A stretch of 64,000 nucleotides of DNA from the NCBI GenBank assembly GCA_964016885.1, contig OZ024742.1:232438001-232502000 (forward strand), read 5' to 3'. Positions 12,827 to 25,181 of the stretch are shown here, piece after piece (within the stretch, counting starts at the first letter, position 1; the number at the start of each line of letters is the position of its first letter). Both the position numbers and the translations under genes were made by a program. The notes beneath the pieces were generated by a model. That model had not been told where the DNA came from. It saw only the letters and a list, made by a program, of their open reading frames with translations, and ran no database searches. The stretch comes from Eledone cirrhosa (lineage: Eukaryota).

Positions 12827-13569
12827 CACAGGTTCTCAACCCATTTAGACCAAACGCCCCCTTTTGTCCCTCGAAATCACGACCCCCCCCCCCCCTATTT
12901 TTCTATTTTTCAATATACTACTGATTTTTATATCAGTAGATTACTAAAAAAATTGATTAACAATATTCCAAAGATGTGTGTATTATCTGATTATGTATTG
13001 TATGTGGTCCTAGATGTGTGTGCTACTCGCTTCTGTTTTTTCTTTTCTTTTTTTTATTTGTAATATTATTTATACAATAGGGAATAAAATAGATCTACAT
13101 AGTGTTAACTCGTTACGGTTGAGTCAATAATTTCAGACATGAAATACATTGTTATCGGTGAAGGAAAGACAAGATTCTAACTGGCTGCGCTCAAAGTGTC
13201 CTTGACCCAGTCGACTGTCGGTTTTTCCATTTTTAGGATCTCAATTACCGGTTAACGTCTCAATTACAAGACACGCCTGCACACCTGCACACCTGCACAC
13301 CTGCACACCTGCACACCTGCACACCTGCTCACAGCTGCGGTCAGACTATAGTTATGCTGTCTGCAAGCTCATTCAAATGCATTAACACTGGCTGTCTCAA
13401 AGACATACAAATATGGCTTATAAAACTTACCAAAATAAAGAGCCTTCCAGCCCCCCCCCCCCCCCCCCAGCTCCAAACGCCCCCTAACGCGACCTTGCTC
13501 CCAAACGCCCCCCCCCTGGAGTTCCGAAACGCCCCCGGGGGTGCATATGCCCCCCGTTGAGAACCTTTG
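12827..13569. mobile_element. hAT-superfamily MITE
   Basis: TIRs CACAGGTTCTCAAC / GTTGAGAACCTTTG and a perfect 8-bp TSD ATTTAAAC (12819-12826, 13570-13577); internal (CACCTGCA)n at ~13275-13328. Confidence 0.92.
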
Positions 13570-14164
13570 ATTTAAACAGTTCATTAGAAACCAAGTCAAT
13601 GCTTTAATTTTTCTCTCCTCTCTCATTTAAAAAATATATATTCTGTTTATTTCTTTCATACTTTTCCACAATATCACATTCCTTACATCTTCAGCAATGT
13701 CTATGACATTAGTGGTATAAATTTGTTTAATAATTATTAATAAGGCTGGTAGAGAGGGGGAGTTTCTTTATGTACACACCCACATCATCCCGCCTCACAC
13801 ATACCTTTTTGGTGAAATCTTGTTTAGTTTCTAGTGACTGTTTTGTTCCTGGAGAAGCTGGTCGCATGTTTTTGCAGGTGGGAGGGGGAATATTTTGTAT
13901 GTGTATGTGCGTGTGTATAATATATTTATATGTATGTATAATTTCATTCTGTTCCAGAAATGTTCTTTAAAAAGGTACTACTATAGTTATTAGAGATATT
14001 ATTTGAGACTATAAACATTCATTTAAACTCTATACTGTATATAATAATTAAAAACATAAAACTACAAAACTATTAATGTAATTGCAGCTGCATCAAATAC
14101 TGTAAGTACCATGTCTATAACAGGGCAGCATCAGTAAAGGGCGTTGGTATAATCCACAGATTTA

Positions 14165-14922
14165 CAGTTAAGGTCATGTGTGCACTTGTGTATTTTAAGT
14201 TTAGGTGTACACTTGAGTATTCTAAAGTAAGGTCTGCACATGTGTACACTAAGGTTAGTTCTACACTTGAGTACGCTAAGGTTAGGTCTGTACACGTGTA
14301 CACTAAGGTTAGGTCTGTACACGGTACACTAAGGTTAGGTCTGTACATGTGTACACTAAGGTTAGGTCTGTACACGTGTACACTAAGGTTAGTTCTACAC
14401 TTGAGTACGCTAAGGTTAGGTCTGTACACGTGTACACTAAGGTTAGGTCTGTACACGTGTACACTAAGGTTAGGTCTGTACACGTGTACACTAAGGTTAG
14501 GTCTGTACACGTGTACACTAAGGTTAGGTCTGTACACGTGTACACTAAGGTTAGGTCTGTACACGTGTACACTAAGGTTAGGTCTGTACACGGTACACTA
14601 AGGTTAGGTCTGTACATGTGTACACTAAGGTTAGGTCTGTACATGTGTACACTAAGGTTAGGTCTGTACACGGTACACTAAGGTTAGGTCTGTACATGTG
14701 TACACTAAGGTTAGGTCTGTACATGTGTACACTAAGGTTAGGTCTGTACACGTGTACACTAAGGTTAGGTCTGTAGACGGTACACTAAGATTAAGTGTGC
14801 ACATGTGTACACTAAGGTTAGCTCAGCACTTGTGTATTTTAAGTTTAGGTGTGCACTTGAGTGTGCTAATGTTAGGTCTGCACATGTGTACACCAAGGTT
14901 AGGTCTGCATATGTGTATACTT
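14165..14922. repeat. 27-bp minisatellite, consensus ACTAAGGTTAGGTCTGTACACGTGTAC
   Basis: Homogeneous core with degenerate edges; 9-aa periodicity (YRPNLSVHV) in the ORF track; 25-bp variant units present. Confidence 0.97.
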
Positions 14923-15785
14923 ACAGATTCTAGAACATTGGGTCTTTTGGAAATGTTGCTACAATATCTTTAGCTTATCATTATGTCCAGTACATGTTGA
15001 TAGTTTATGAAGAGTTTACTTTTGATATAGCTTCAGATTCATTATTAAATTAAAACATATATTATTTTTATTAAGACAAAACCGCCCAATAAGCTGGAAT
15101 ATATTCCAATTTCTCTTGTATTAAATGTCATTATGTATTAAATATCAGCCTATAGAGATGTAACCCACACAGGTTTGTTAAACTGTTTCAGTTCTGGAAA
15201 TATTCATACTCAAACTATGAGCTACTCAATCCTACATCATTGTACATTTAGTTCAGCAGTCCCAAACTAAGTTAATCCTATTTATTAATCAATCTAGTAC
15301 TTATTTTATTGATTATTAAAGGATAAAATTCAACAAAGAGAAGGATTTGAACAATAGACCTTGTTACTAACAAGTGTTAAGTCTTAACATCCTATAACAC
15401 ATGAATCCACATTAGTAAGATATTCTTGAAAAAGAACAAAGAAGCACTATGTCTGCATGACATTAACAGTTAACATCTTTACTTTAGTTTACAGCAATCT
15501 TCAATACAATCTGTCCACTAGTAAACATACTATAAACATTTGAATTAACAAACCTGTTTCTAGATATTTCCTGCTAAATCATTACAGGATATTAAGTGCT
15601 CTTGCCTCAACTTAGATATTCAATATTTCAGTTTGTTCCTTTTAACTTATTTTCTCTGATGATGATAAATACATTTTTTTAAAGCTTCTTGTGAGAAATA
15701 TTTCAAGTCTTATCATGTTCTCTATTAATAAATAGCTTTTTAATAATAGTTTAAATTCTGAAAATCATTCATCATTTCCTCTCAA

Positions 15786-15991
15786 CCTGTTAGCATTTAA
15801 ACCAGCCATATCCAGTTAGAATTCTCTCAACAATTTCTGTTCAAACCAGTTGTAACCGGCTGCTTCATACCAACGTTAAGGTATTGTTCTCAAAAGAAAT
15901 ATCAAAATTTCGTAGATTCAATATTATGTGAGATAAAGCCTTTACTATGATTATACAATAGTAAATATAGAGTAATGTAAATGCTAAAGGG
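15786..15991. mobile_element. piggyBac-like (TTAA) MITE
   Basis: Ends AATGCTAAAGGG|TTAA; same family at ~7094-7343, 24707-24868, 46215-46409 and 52296-52538. Confidence 0.75.
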
Positions 15992-16689
15992 TTAAAGCAT
16001 ATTGCTAAGTATTTAGCAGTATCAATAATGAAATATTTTAATGTAATTCAGTTCTAAAATACAAATGTATAGATATTATAATATTATTTAGATGTAGTTA
16101 TATTACAGTTTTTATTGAAATATTAATGTTCTGTTGGCAATATTTACATTATGTTGGTATGTTGGTCGCAGTTTTTGAAGATATATTGACATGCTTAGAT
16201 CAACATCTGGCATAACCCGTTTGTTATCAACTCACCTCAAACCACCCATTTTAAAGGGTGCCTATTTAAATTTAAATCTTCCAATGTAATTTTATATAAG
16301 AACCCTATGTTAAGTTACTATATTAGTCATGAAATAATTAATAATTTCAGTAAATCCCTCAAAAGTCTTTATCAATTAATTGAAATAGAGTGTATTTCAT
16401 TAAAAATATGTTAACAAAAGGATTAACTTATATGGTTGAGCTTACACTATTATATTCATAATAGGGTATGTTTACATTGAGAACAGCAGCTGGCCAGCCA
16501 AAGGATCTATAGTCAATAACTCTATGCTGTGCCTATACCTAACATACTTAGCAGTCAGCCTTCTGTAGGTACAGTTCAAAACAATAAACAGCAACAGCTC
16601 TACATAAATGATTTTTAACAAAGCCACACATTTCGGAAGGGTGTGCAGTTAAAAAAAGTTGAACTCTGTTCAAGCCTAGGGGCTCATCA

Positions 16690-16935
16690 GGCTGAGCTTA
16701 ACCTGGTTTCATTAGCATTAAGCAACTCAGAGTACAATACTTCTCCCTGAACAGGATACCAGTCCATCACAGGGTTAACCTTCAGCTGATACTGGTACTT
16801 ATTTTCAGCTGAGTTGACTGGAGCAACAGGAAATGAAATGTTTTGCAAGAACACAATGCACCAACTGACCAAGGAATCAAATCCACAACATTATAATCGT
16901 AAATCCAACACCCTAACCACAAGGTTGCACACTTT
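16690..16935 (-). mobile_element. SINE family B (CORE-like)
   Basis: AGCTGAGTTGACTGGAGCAAC...GAAATGAAATGTTTTGC-AAGAACACAA...CTAACCAC is shared with 22962-23210 and 55695-55837. Confidence 0.65.
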
Positions 16936-18256
16936 CACATAGAGGGTATAGTTCTAATACTTATTTTATTTACCCCTGTAAGATGAAAGACAAAAGTTAA
17001 GTCCAGCAGGATTTAAGCTAAAAGAATGTAAATGGTCATATCTAAACACCACAAGGTTTGATGTTCCACTGCAAACTCTTAATGTTCCACATGGAACTTT
17101 ATTAGCAAGCCATCCTTGAAAAGTACAAAATAAAACTGACTGCATCACATTAAAAATTTAAGTCTTTAGTTTACAGAAAATGTTCAAAATGATCTATCTA
17201 CCAATAAAGATATTATATAGATTTGAATTAATAAACCCATTTCAAGATATTTTCTTTAAAATACCTACAGGATGTTGAGACTTCATTTGTTAGATCCGAA
17301 CTAATATAAAATACTCTCTTATTGAGATGGAATACATTTATTTGCAATCATTAAACTCTCTGAAAACAGTCTGCCACAGAGCCTCTTCAACTCAATGGCT
17401 TAAGAATCTTCTACTTACTTTTTAATTTCTAAATAATTATAGTCAGGAGGTTAACATTTTTAGAAAAAATGTGTTATTGCTGTTTTAACACCTGGTTAGA
17501 TCTTATCAAAGACGTTCTTGCCATCAGATATTCTGGTTTCCCAGGCATAGTTTTTCTAAGACTCTATTATCCAATATGTCTGTTATTAAAATAAAAAAAC
17601 CAAAACAGTAGACTTTGATTTGAGGAAGATTTGGCTGCTAGTTATTACATGTCAAACAAGTTCTTTCAATTCATGGACCAGCTTGGAGGATTTTTGGAAA
17701 GATAAATACAATTTAAAATATTTTAAAATATAACCAGTATAATGGATGTCTAATTGCTTAGGTTAATGTTGCAGCTACATATACATTAATATTTCGTATA
17801 TAGTAGTTCAATGTTTATGGATCTCAGCAAAGCGTAGTAAAGTGAAAAAATAATACAAACTGTGAAATAAAATGAGGTACATAAACTGTATTCCTTCATT
17901 GTGTGTATGCTTCTGTGTGCATCTATATCTTTCTCTCATATATGTATATATGTTTGTATGTATGTATGTATATATGTTTGTATGTATGTATGTATATATA
18001 GAAATCACTTTTACAAGACTAAAACAGTTCTAATCATTTAAAAGTCATTGCTATATGAAATAAATATATATCTTCTCTACTAATGTATTGAGTACCTTAT
18101 TTAACTGTGGTTCAGTTCTGTTCCACTTCAGAAATCATTCTTATTTTATTATATATATATATATATATAATATATATATATATATACATTGGAAAGAGGA
18201 AAGAAAGTTTGATCTGTCGGGCTTAATCCCTTCTTCAGGAGTACAAAATAGAGACA

Positions 18257-18298
<42 letters not shown>

Positions 18299-18738
18299 TG
18301 TAGATATATACACATACATACACACAGTTGTGTGTGAAATGTAAATTTGTAAGGTTATATTTAATGTATAGTTAGACACAAAGAAAACTTTGTTAAGGAT
18401 CTGAGAGTGTTGAGCCTGAACATAAATCAGCAGAATTCTGACAATTTGAAATCTACTGTTTTTTAATCCCATCCAACCCATGCTAGTATAGAAAAAAATG
18501 TTAAAACAATGATGATGTTGATGGCAATGATGCTTGTATATACACATATGCATTGTGTGGTGTAAATTAATTTTAGTGAATTGCAAATGGATGAGTTAAA
18601 AAGGTGCTGGATGACTATTTGAAGCATCAGCAGAGATTGACTATAGCTTGTTGCTATAAATTCTTGGTTCAACTTCCTGTGTGGGGATAAGTTAGAGAGA
18701 GGTCAGCTCCATAGGGTAGGCGTTGCCCCAAAAATCTA

Positions 18739-18788
<50 letters not shown>

Positions 18789-19264
18789 CTAAGATTACTC
18801 TCTGTTGCTACTCTGTTTTGTGGATTGCAGCAATTCATGAAACTCAGAGTAGCATTAGAGAGAGTAATCTTAGTAATATAATATATATATAAATAAAAAT
18901 AGTCTCAGCAATAATGGAATATTACTATAACACTTAAAAGAATGTCAGAGAAGAATCTTGACATTTCAGGTACAAGTCTTTCATCAGATGTAGACACAGG
19001 AGAGAAGAGAGGATATTTTGGAGAAAAAAGAAAAAAGAAGGCAAACATAAATATACATATATTCATATTCATATTCATGGACCGTACTTATAATTCAGTG
19101 CATCCAGTCACACACTGTCATATTAATTCTATTTAAGGATTATATTAATGGTACAGTGGAATACTCAGGCCCTTAGACTATAATTTAATAAGTAGACATT
19201 TCTGTTGATCAAGCAACTGGAACATTCACTATCAAAACTGACACATATACACACACACACACAT

Positions 19265-19298
<34 letters not shown>

Positions 19299-19355
19299 GA
19301 TAAATTGATAAATTAAAAATAAAATTGAAAATAACCATTACAATTTTTTGGGTGA

Positions 19356-19392
<37 letters not shown>

Positions 19393-19457
19393 GCATATAT
19401 GTTATGGAATACTGTTAGCTTCTCGCTACAACAATTTCTATACCTTTCATTTATATA

Positions 19458-19500
<43 letters not shown>

Positions 19501-20209
19501 AGAAAGAAAAGTGAAATTGCTTAAAAAATTGCAAAAGTTATTTTCAGTTTGATATTTAATTTGTCAACTCAGTCTTTGTAATATGTCATTGTATTTGGTG
19601 GGAGTCATACTAGTCAGAAATTTATTTCTAATATTATATATTATTATGTCAGTGGTGGGAAAATCAATATTATTTGTGTATTTAAATATGAACGACTATT
19701 TTTATTAACATATTTACCCTGATAACATTGACACCTCAGTAGTCATCATCATCATCATCATCACCGTTTTATGTCCGTTCTTCCATGCTAGTATGGGTTA
19801 GACGGAGATCCTCAATAACATCATTATCTTCATCATATTGTTGTTATTAATCTCTACATGTTCATAACTATATTTTCTCTTTCTTCATCATTTCATCATT
19901 CTCATCAATCCCCCTCTTCATTTACACATCACCTGTTGCTGTATCAGTACAGTCTTTTCCCTCTCCACCACACCTTATTTTTTACATTTAAAAAAAATTT
20001 AGTTCATTTTATTTTATATTGCAGTTTGTGAATAATAGCATTGTTGGTTACAGTTCTCCAACAAGCTGTTCACTGCATTTACAACGGTGAGAGCGACAAG
20101 GGAGCATATATGCAACTTGAGCAGAAGAAATACCATGATGTATTTCTGTTCAAAAGCATTGGTTTATTGATTTTCTTGTAGATTGTCCCCCAATATTTGT
20201 ATACATCAG

Positions 20210-20362
20210 GCAGTGAATTGGCAAAGTTGTTAGGGCATCAGATTAAATTCCTCTGTATTTTCTTCCAGCTCACTGTGCTCTCAGTTCAAATCCTGCCAAG
20301 GTCAACTTTGCTTTTCATCCTTTTGAGGTTGATAAATAAAGTGCCAGTCCAGTACTGGGGTC
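20210..20362 (+). mobile_element. Degenerate SINE family A
   Basis: GGCAGTGAATTGGCA...CAGTTCAAATCCTGCCAAGGTCAACTTTGCTTTTCATCC; similar decayed copies at ~25326-25520 (+), ~26137-26260 (+), ~27180-27395 (-), ~28930-29135 (+), ~58050-58230 (-). Confidence 0.75.
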
Positions 20363-21269
20363 GGTTCTTTCTCTATATCCTTTTATCAATTCCTCTCCTC
20401 TCTCCTTTTTTGGAATAAATCAGATGTGTTCAAACTTGGAGAGGGTTGGATTTCACCAGGTTTAAAATATTCAAGGCATGCTTTGGGACAGAATGGAACC
20501 CATATAACTCCTCAGAAGTTAAGGGCCCTATCCTTTCCTTCCCTATACATATGTGTATATAAATAACAGACTTCAGCACAGTTTCTGTCTAACAAATTCC
20601 ACTCAAAAGAGCCATAGTAGAAGACACTTGACTTATGTGCTGTTAACCCAGAAGCACATGGTTGCAAAATGAACTTCTTGACTACACAGCTATGCCATGC
20701 TGCTTCTTTTGGTACATTGTCTAGAGAAGTAGTGGCATTGAACTCTTAACATGCTTTATTACATGAAACCACATTAGCAAAGCATTCTTAAATAGGGCAA
20801 AGCTACTTCACATCAAAAATTTGCTAGTTTATTGCAAATTTTTACAATAATCTGTCTACTAGTAAAGATACTATACACATTTGAATTTATAAAAAATGAC
20901 AAATTGTTAAAGTTAAGGTGTTATTTGAAAATATTTAAGTTTTTGTTTATCAATTATGAAGCTTACCATGGAGTCTTTACATCAATACACCAGAAGCCAG
21001 TATACATCTAAACTAGATCCTGTGTCTAGTATGTGGAATTTGTTGTTATATCATATTATATTTTATATTATCAAGTTAGTGGGTATTTTAGCATCATTGT
21101 GGGTTCTTTGAGGTGTAGTTTGGATTTACAATTGAAACTTTTTCACTTAGATCATAAATGCCTTTAGGAAAGCATAAATATCATTGTTTGCCATTTGCCT
21201 TTACTATGAAATATCATTATACCTTCATAATAAATAATTATCTATAATGTCACAATATGTGTTCAAGTG

Positions 21270-21725
21270 TTATACTTTAAACAACTTTAACTATGAAATA
21301 AAATCAAAGACATAATTCAATTATTTCACATAATAAACAAATTGAGTGCTATGCTATAATATAATAACTTAAAATGTGGTATGAAAGTGAAGATAGATAT
21401 AGTTCAAATATTTAACACAATGGAACACATTTGAATGCCACACTTAAAAAAAAACCCTCAACTAAAGAACAAACTGAAGACATAATTCAAATATTTAACA
21501 TAATGAAAGAGAATTGAGTGTTATGATTTAAACAACCTGAACTTTAGAACAAAATCAAAGACAATTTATATATTTAACATAATGAAACAAATTTGAATGT
21601 TACACTTTAAACAACCTTAAATATGGAAAGAAATTGAAAACATAATCCAAATATGAAATACAGTTTGTGTGCTATGCTTTAAACAACCTTAACTGTGGAA
21701 TGAGATCAAAGACAATGAAACAATG
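21270..21725. repeat. Degenerate ~80-bp tandem repeat (5-6 copies)
   Basis: TTTAAACAACCTTAAC...AAATCAAAGACATAATTCAAATATTTAACATAATGAAAC...TTGAGTG recurs at ~80-bp intervals. Confidence 0.8.
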
Positions 21726-22703
21726 TTATGAAGATTTATAAATTCATGCATCAAAATAGAAAAAATAAAACATAAAAATCTATGGAATTTTCACAAGTCC
21801 CACTACAATTGTTTCATACAATTGAGAATTCTTTTTCTACAATAATTCCTAATCATTGTTCAGTTAGATCTTCAAAAATAGTATTATTTATTTTATTTCT
21901 GTGTGCTTTTTCTTCTTCATTAAATTACTAATTCTATGCATTTGTTTTTGTTTATGGACATCTGCTCTTGATTGTTTCATATTTCTACATTGAAAATGAA
22001 TCTTGCAAGAAATGTATATGTTTTCATCAAAATAACAATATTCTTATTGTTTTTTTTTTTGTTTTTTTTTTTTTTACCTTCTGTCTTTCAAAGACCACTT
22101 CCATTGAATAAGGTGCTACACTTCTGGGTTGAAGACCGCCAACTCAAACCCACCCAAAGTGTTTAGCATAAGCATGTACAAGACATATTGCTATATTTGC
22201 AAAAAAGAAAAAAAAAAAAGAAAAAAAAAGAAAAGAAAAAATTAATTTTTTTTTAAATAGGTACCTCTTCCATTTCACATTTCACTAAACTGGCTTTTAG
22301 TAAGGCAGCCAACAATTCCTGCAAATGTATAAATTTGCCTAACCATCCAACCCATTGTAATATGGAAAATGGTTGTAAGATCATGTTAAAAGAAATTGTT
22401 ATTGTTGTGGTATTGAGCATTAGTGACAATCTATAAATATTTGATACATGTATTTGCTGGTTATTGGCTTATTTCTGAAGTATATTTAGTAGTTGAAGAA
22501 GAATTTGATGAATATATTTTCAGTCTATTTGTTGGTTCTATTTTTCTGCTTCCTCTTTACCTACTTACCATGACCTAAAGACTAGGTTTGTGCTCTTCCA
22601 CTTTATTTTTCTTGTTGAAATACTCTACTCCATTCGGTTTCATAAATCGTAAACTAAACATACTCAAAACAATTATGTGCAAGACCTTGTGTGTGTGCAT
22701 ATG

Positions 22704-22734
<31 letters not shown>

Positions 22735-22961
22735 ATGTATGTGTATATATATATATACACATACATACACACACATATATATCTATACATACATATATAT
22801 ATACACATGCACACACTCATGTTATATATATATATATATGTGTGTGCGTGTGTGTGTGTGTTTGTGTGCGTAAGCATACTGTATTAGATCTCCATTGGTT
22901 TCAAAAATAAGTGTTCCAGTTTTTTAATAAATAGAAAAACCTACTGGTGAAATTAACAGGC

Positions 22962-23210
22962 AAGTGGCGCTGAGTATTCCACAGACATATTTATTCTTAA
23001 TGCAATTCTCAGGGAGATTCAGCATGACACATTATGTGACTAAGCTGGCCCTTTGAATTACAAGTACCACAATTTTTTGCCAGCTGAGTAGACTAACACA
23101 ACAGGAAATAAAAGTGTCTTGTTCAAGGACACAAATTGCTACTGGGAATCACACTCCTGACTTTTACAACGGTGAGTCCAAAACTCTAAGCACTATGCCA
23201 TACGCCTTCA
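22962..23210 (-). mobile_element. SINE family B
   Basis: Shares the CAGCTGAGT...GAAATAAAGTGTCTTG.TCAAGGA.ACA core with 55695-55837. Confidence 0.65.
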
Positions 23211-23225
23211 TATGTGTATATATAA

Positions 23226-23256
<31 letters not shown>

Positions 23257-23547
23257 TGTATGTATGTATGTATGTATGTATGCATCCAATGATGTAGACT
23301 AGTTCTTCTTTTTGGACAAATGTATTTGATGTTCAGAGAGTGGGATTGATCTTGTACAAAGACTTTCCTCACTAAAAAAAGCTTCAAGCACAGAGATCAC
23401 TTGATATGTGACGTTTTCTGTGATGCATGTCATTGCTGACCATAGACAACTCCCTAGCAGGACTAAAAAGCTATCTCTGTGATGCTCGTGCTTAAGTATC
23501 AAGGGATCGCATTACTTGAGATCGAGTTGCAGCCATCATCCTGTATG

Positions 23548-23606
<59 letters not shown>

Positions 23607-24706
23607 TAATGTTGGAGTTGTTAACATATAGAATTAGAAATAATGAACATGTACTGATGAGGGACTCAATACTGGTGGTAAAGTCAAATCTATTATACAT
23701 CTTTGGTGTATAATAAATTTAACTTTATGTGTATGTATCTGTCTCTAATTTTCTGTATGTGTGTGTGTGTGTGTGCATGAGTCTGCGAGTCTGTATTAAA
23801 CAATATGACTTCATAACCAATCAGATTACACTGTGAATTGAAAAACATATTTTATGAACGTATATTCCATTGAGTATTTATAGAATATGTATTATCTAAT
23901 TTGTTGAACAATAAAAGCCCTAAAATAATATATGCACACATGAAGATGAAATGATAATTGTTTCTACTTTAGGCACAAAGCCAGATGAAACAATAATTGT
24001 TTCTACTTTTGGCACAAGGCCAGCAATTAGCCCAGTGTATTACTGGTACTTTATCTTATCGAAATAATAATAATGATAATAATATACATACAAGTGTATT
24101 CTGGGCCATATGTCTGGGTCCCTAGGCTTCAGCCCAGTCAGCCTTATGAATAATACAGCTCTTGAATGTATTATTTTATGTGTTTGCATGTAGCAAACGT
24201 TTTAAAATAAAATAAAGTCATCTGTTAGCAGAATTAACTACATTCTATCTATAATTCAGAGAAGTGGAACATTTTGGTTTATGTAAAATAGCAATTTAAG
24301 ACATTTTATAGTTACTTGAAAACTATTTTAGTATGATAGAAGGTTTAAGGAATTATAAGTACACTATGTCATTGCATAACATAACTTTTCAGTTTTGTTT
24401 TATACAAAACAACCCTTAGTATTTTCTTCTTTTCAGTTATTAGATTTGCTTCAATCTAAATACATCAAATTGTATGAAAGGTATTGTTGGTATTTTTGCA
24501 TACAAATGATTATTTAATGAAACATTGAATCCATTTGTTTTCTTATGAATTAAATGAAAGTTAATGCTTATTTGTTTACATTTTCTGTCTTATACATTTA
24601 TCATGAATGCAGTGTAAAATTTCACTATCTATTATGAAATAAAGGTAATAACTGTTTTCTTTGTCCTGTTATAATAATAATAATCATCATCATCATCATC
24701 GTTTAA

Positions 24707-24868
24707 CCATTTAACATTTACATTACTTTATATTTACTATTTTATTTTCATGCTAAACACTTTATCTCACATAATTCTCTCACTTAATATTGAATCTATG
24801 AGATTTTGATATTATTTATTTTGAAAACAAGAGGTGAGAGAATTCTGGCCGGTTTAAATGCTAAAGGG
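24707..24868. mobile_element. piggyBac-like MITE inserted in an RTE 3'-end fragment
   Basis: TTAA duplicated at 24703-24706 and 24869-24872; removing the insert restores CATCATCGTTTAACATCC, the RTE 3'-end sequence. Confidence 0.85.
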
Positions 24869-24946
24869 TTAACATCCCCTATCCCTGCTAGCAAGGATTG
24901 GGTGGTGGGTCTACATAGACCAAGTAGGTACTGAAGCAAGGCTACT

Positions 24947-25181
24947 CAGGGGCAGTGGAACAACAGCCCCCCCCCCCCCCCAATAATTATATTTTTTCCC
25001 AAAACTACCAAAACACCCATCTATTTGTATGCGCTACAATTTAGGTACATGTTATGTTTATTACATATCAAAGTCTTTTATATCTTGGTTGATATTTGAT
25101 AATAACAGCTAAACTAATCACTACAACTACACTGACCAAATTCCCCCCCCCTCCAATTCAGAAATGCTTCCACTGCCCCTA
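24947..25181. mobile_element. MITE with CAGGGGCAGTGGAA terminal inverted repeats
   Basis: CAGGGGCAGTGGAA / TTCCACTGCCCCTA, with CTACT on both flanks; a related right end lies at ~29985-30070. Confidence 0.7.

Noticed and set aside
14115-14973. Repetitive ORFs (YRPNLSVHV)n and overlapping frames
   Set aside because: A by-product of a stop-poor 27-bp minisatellite that is open on both strands.
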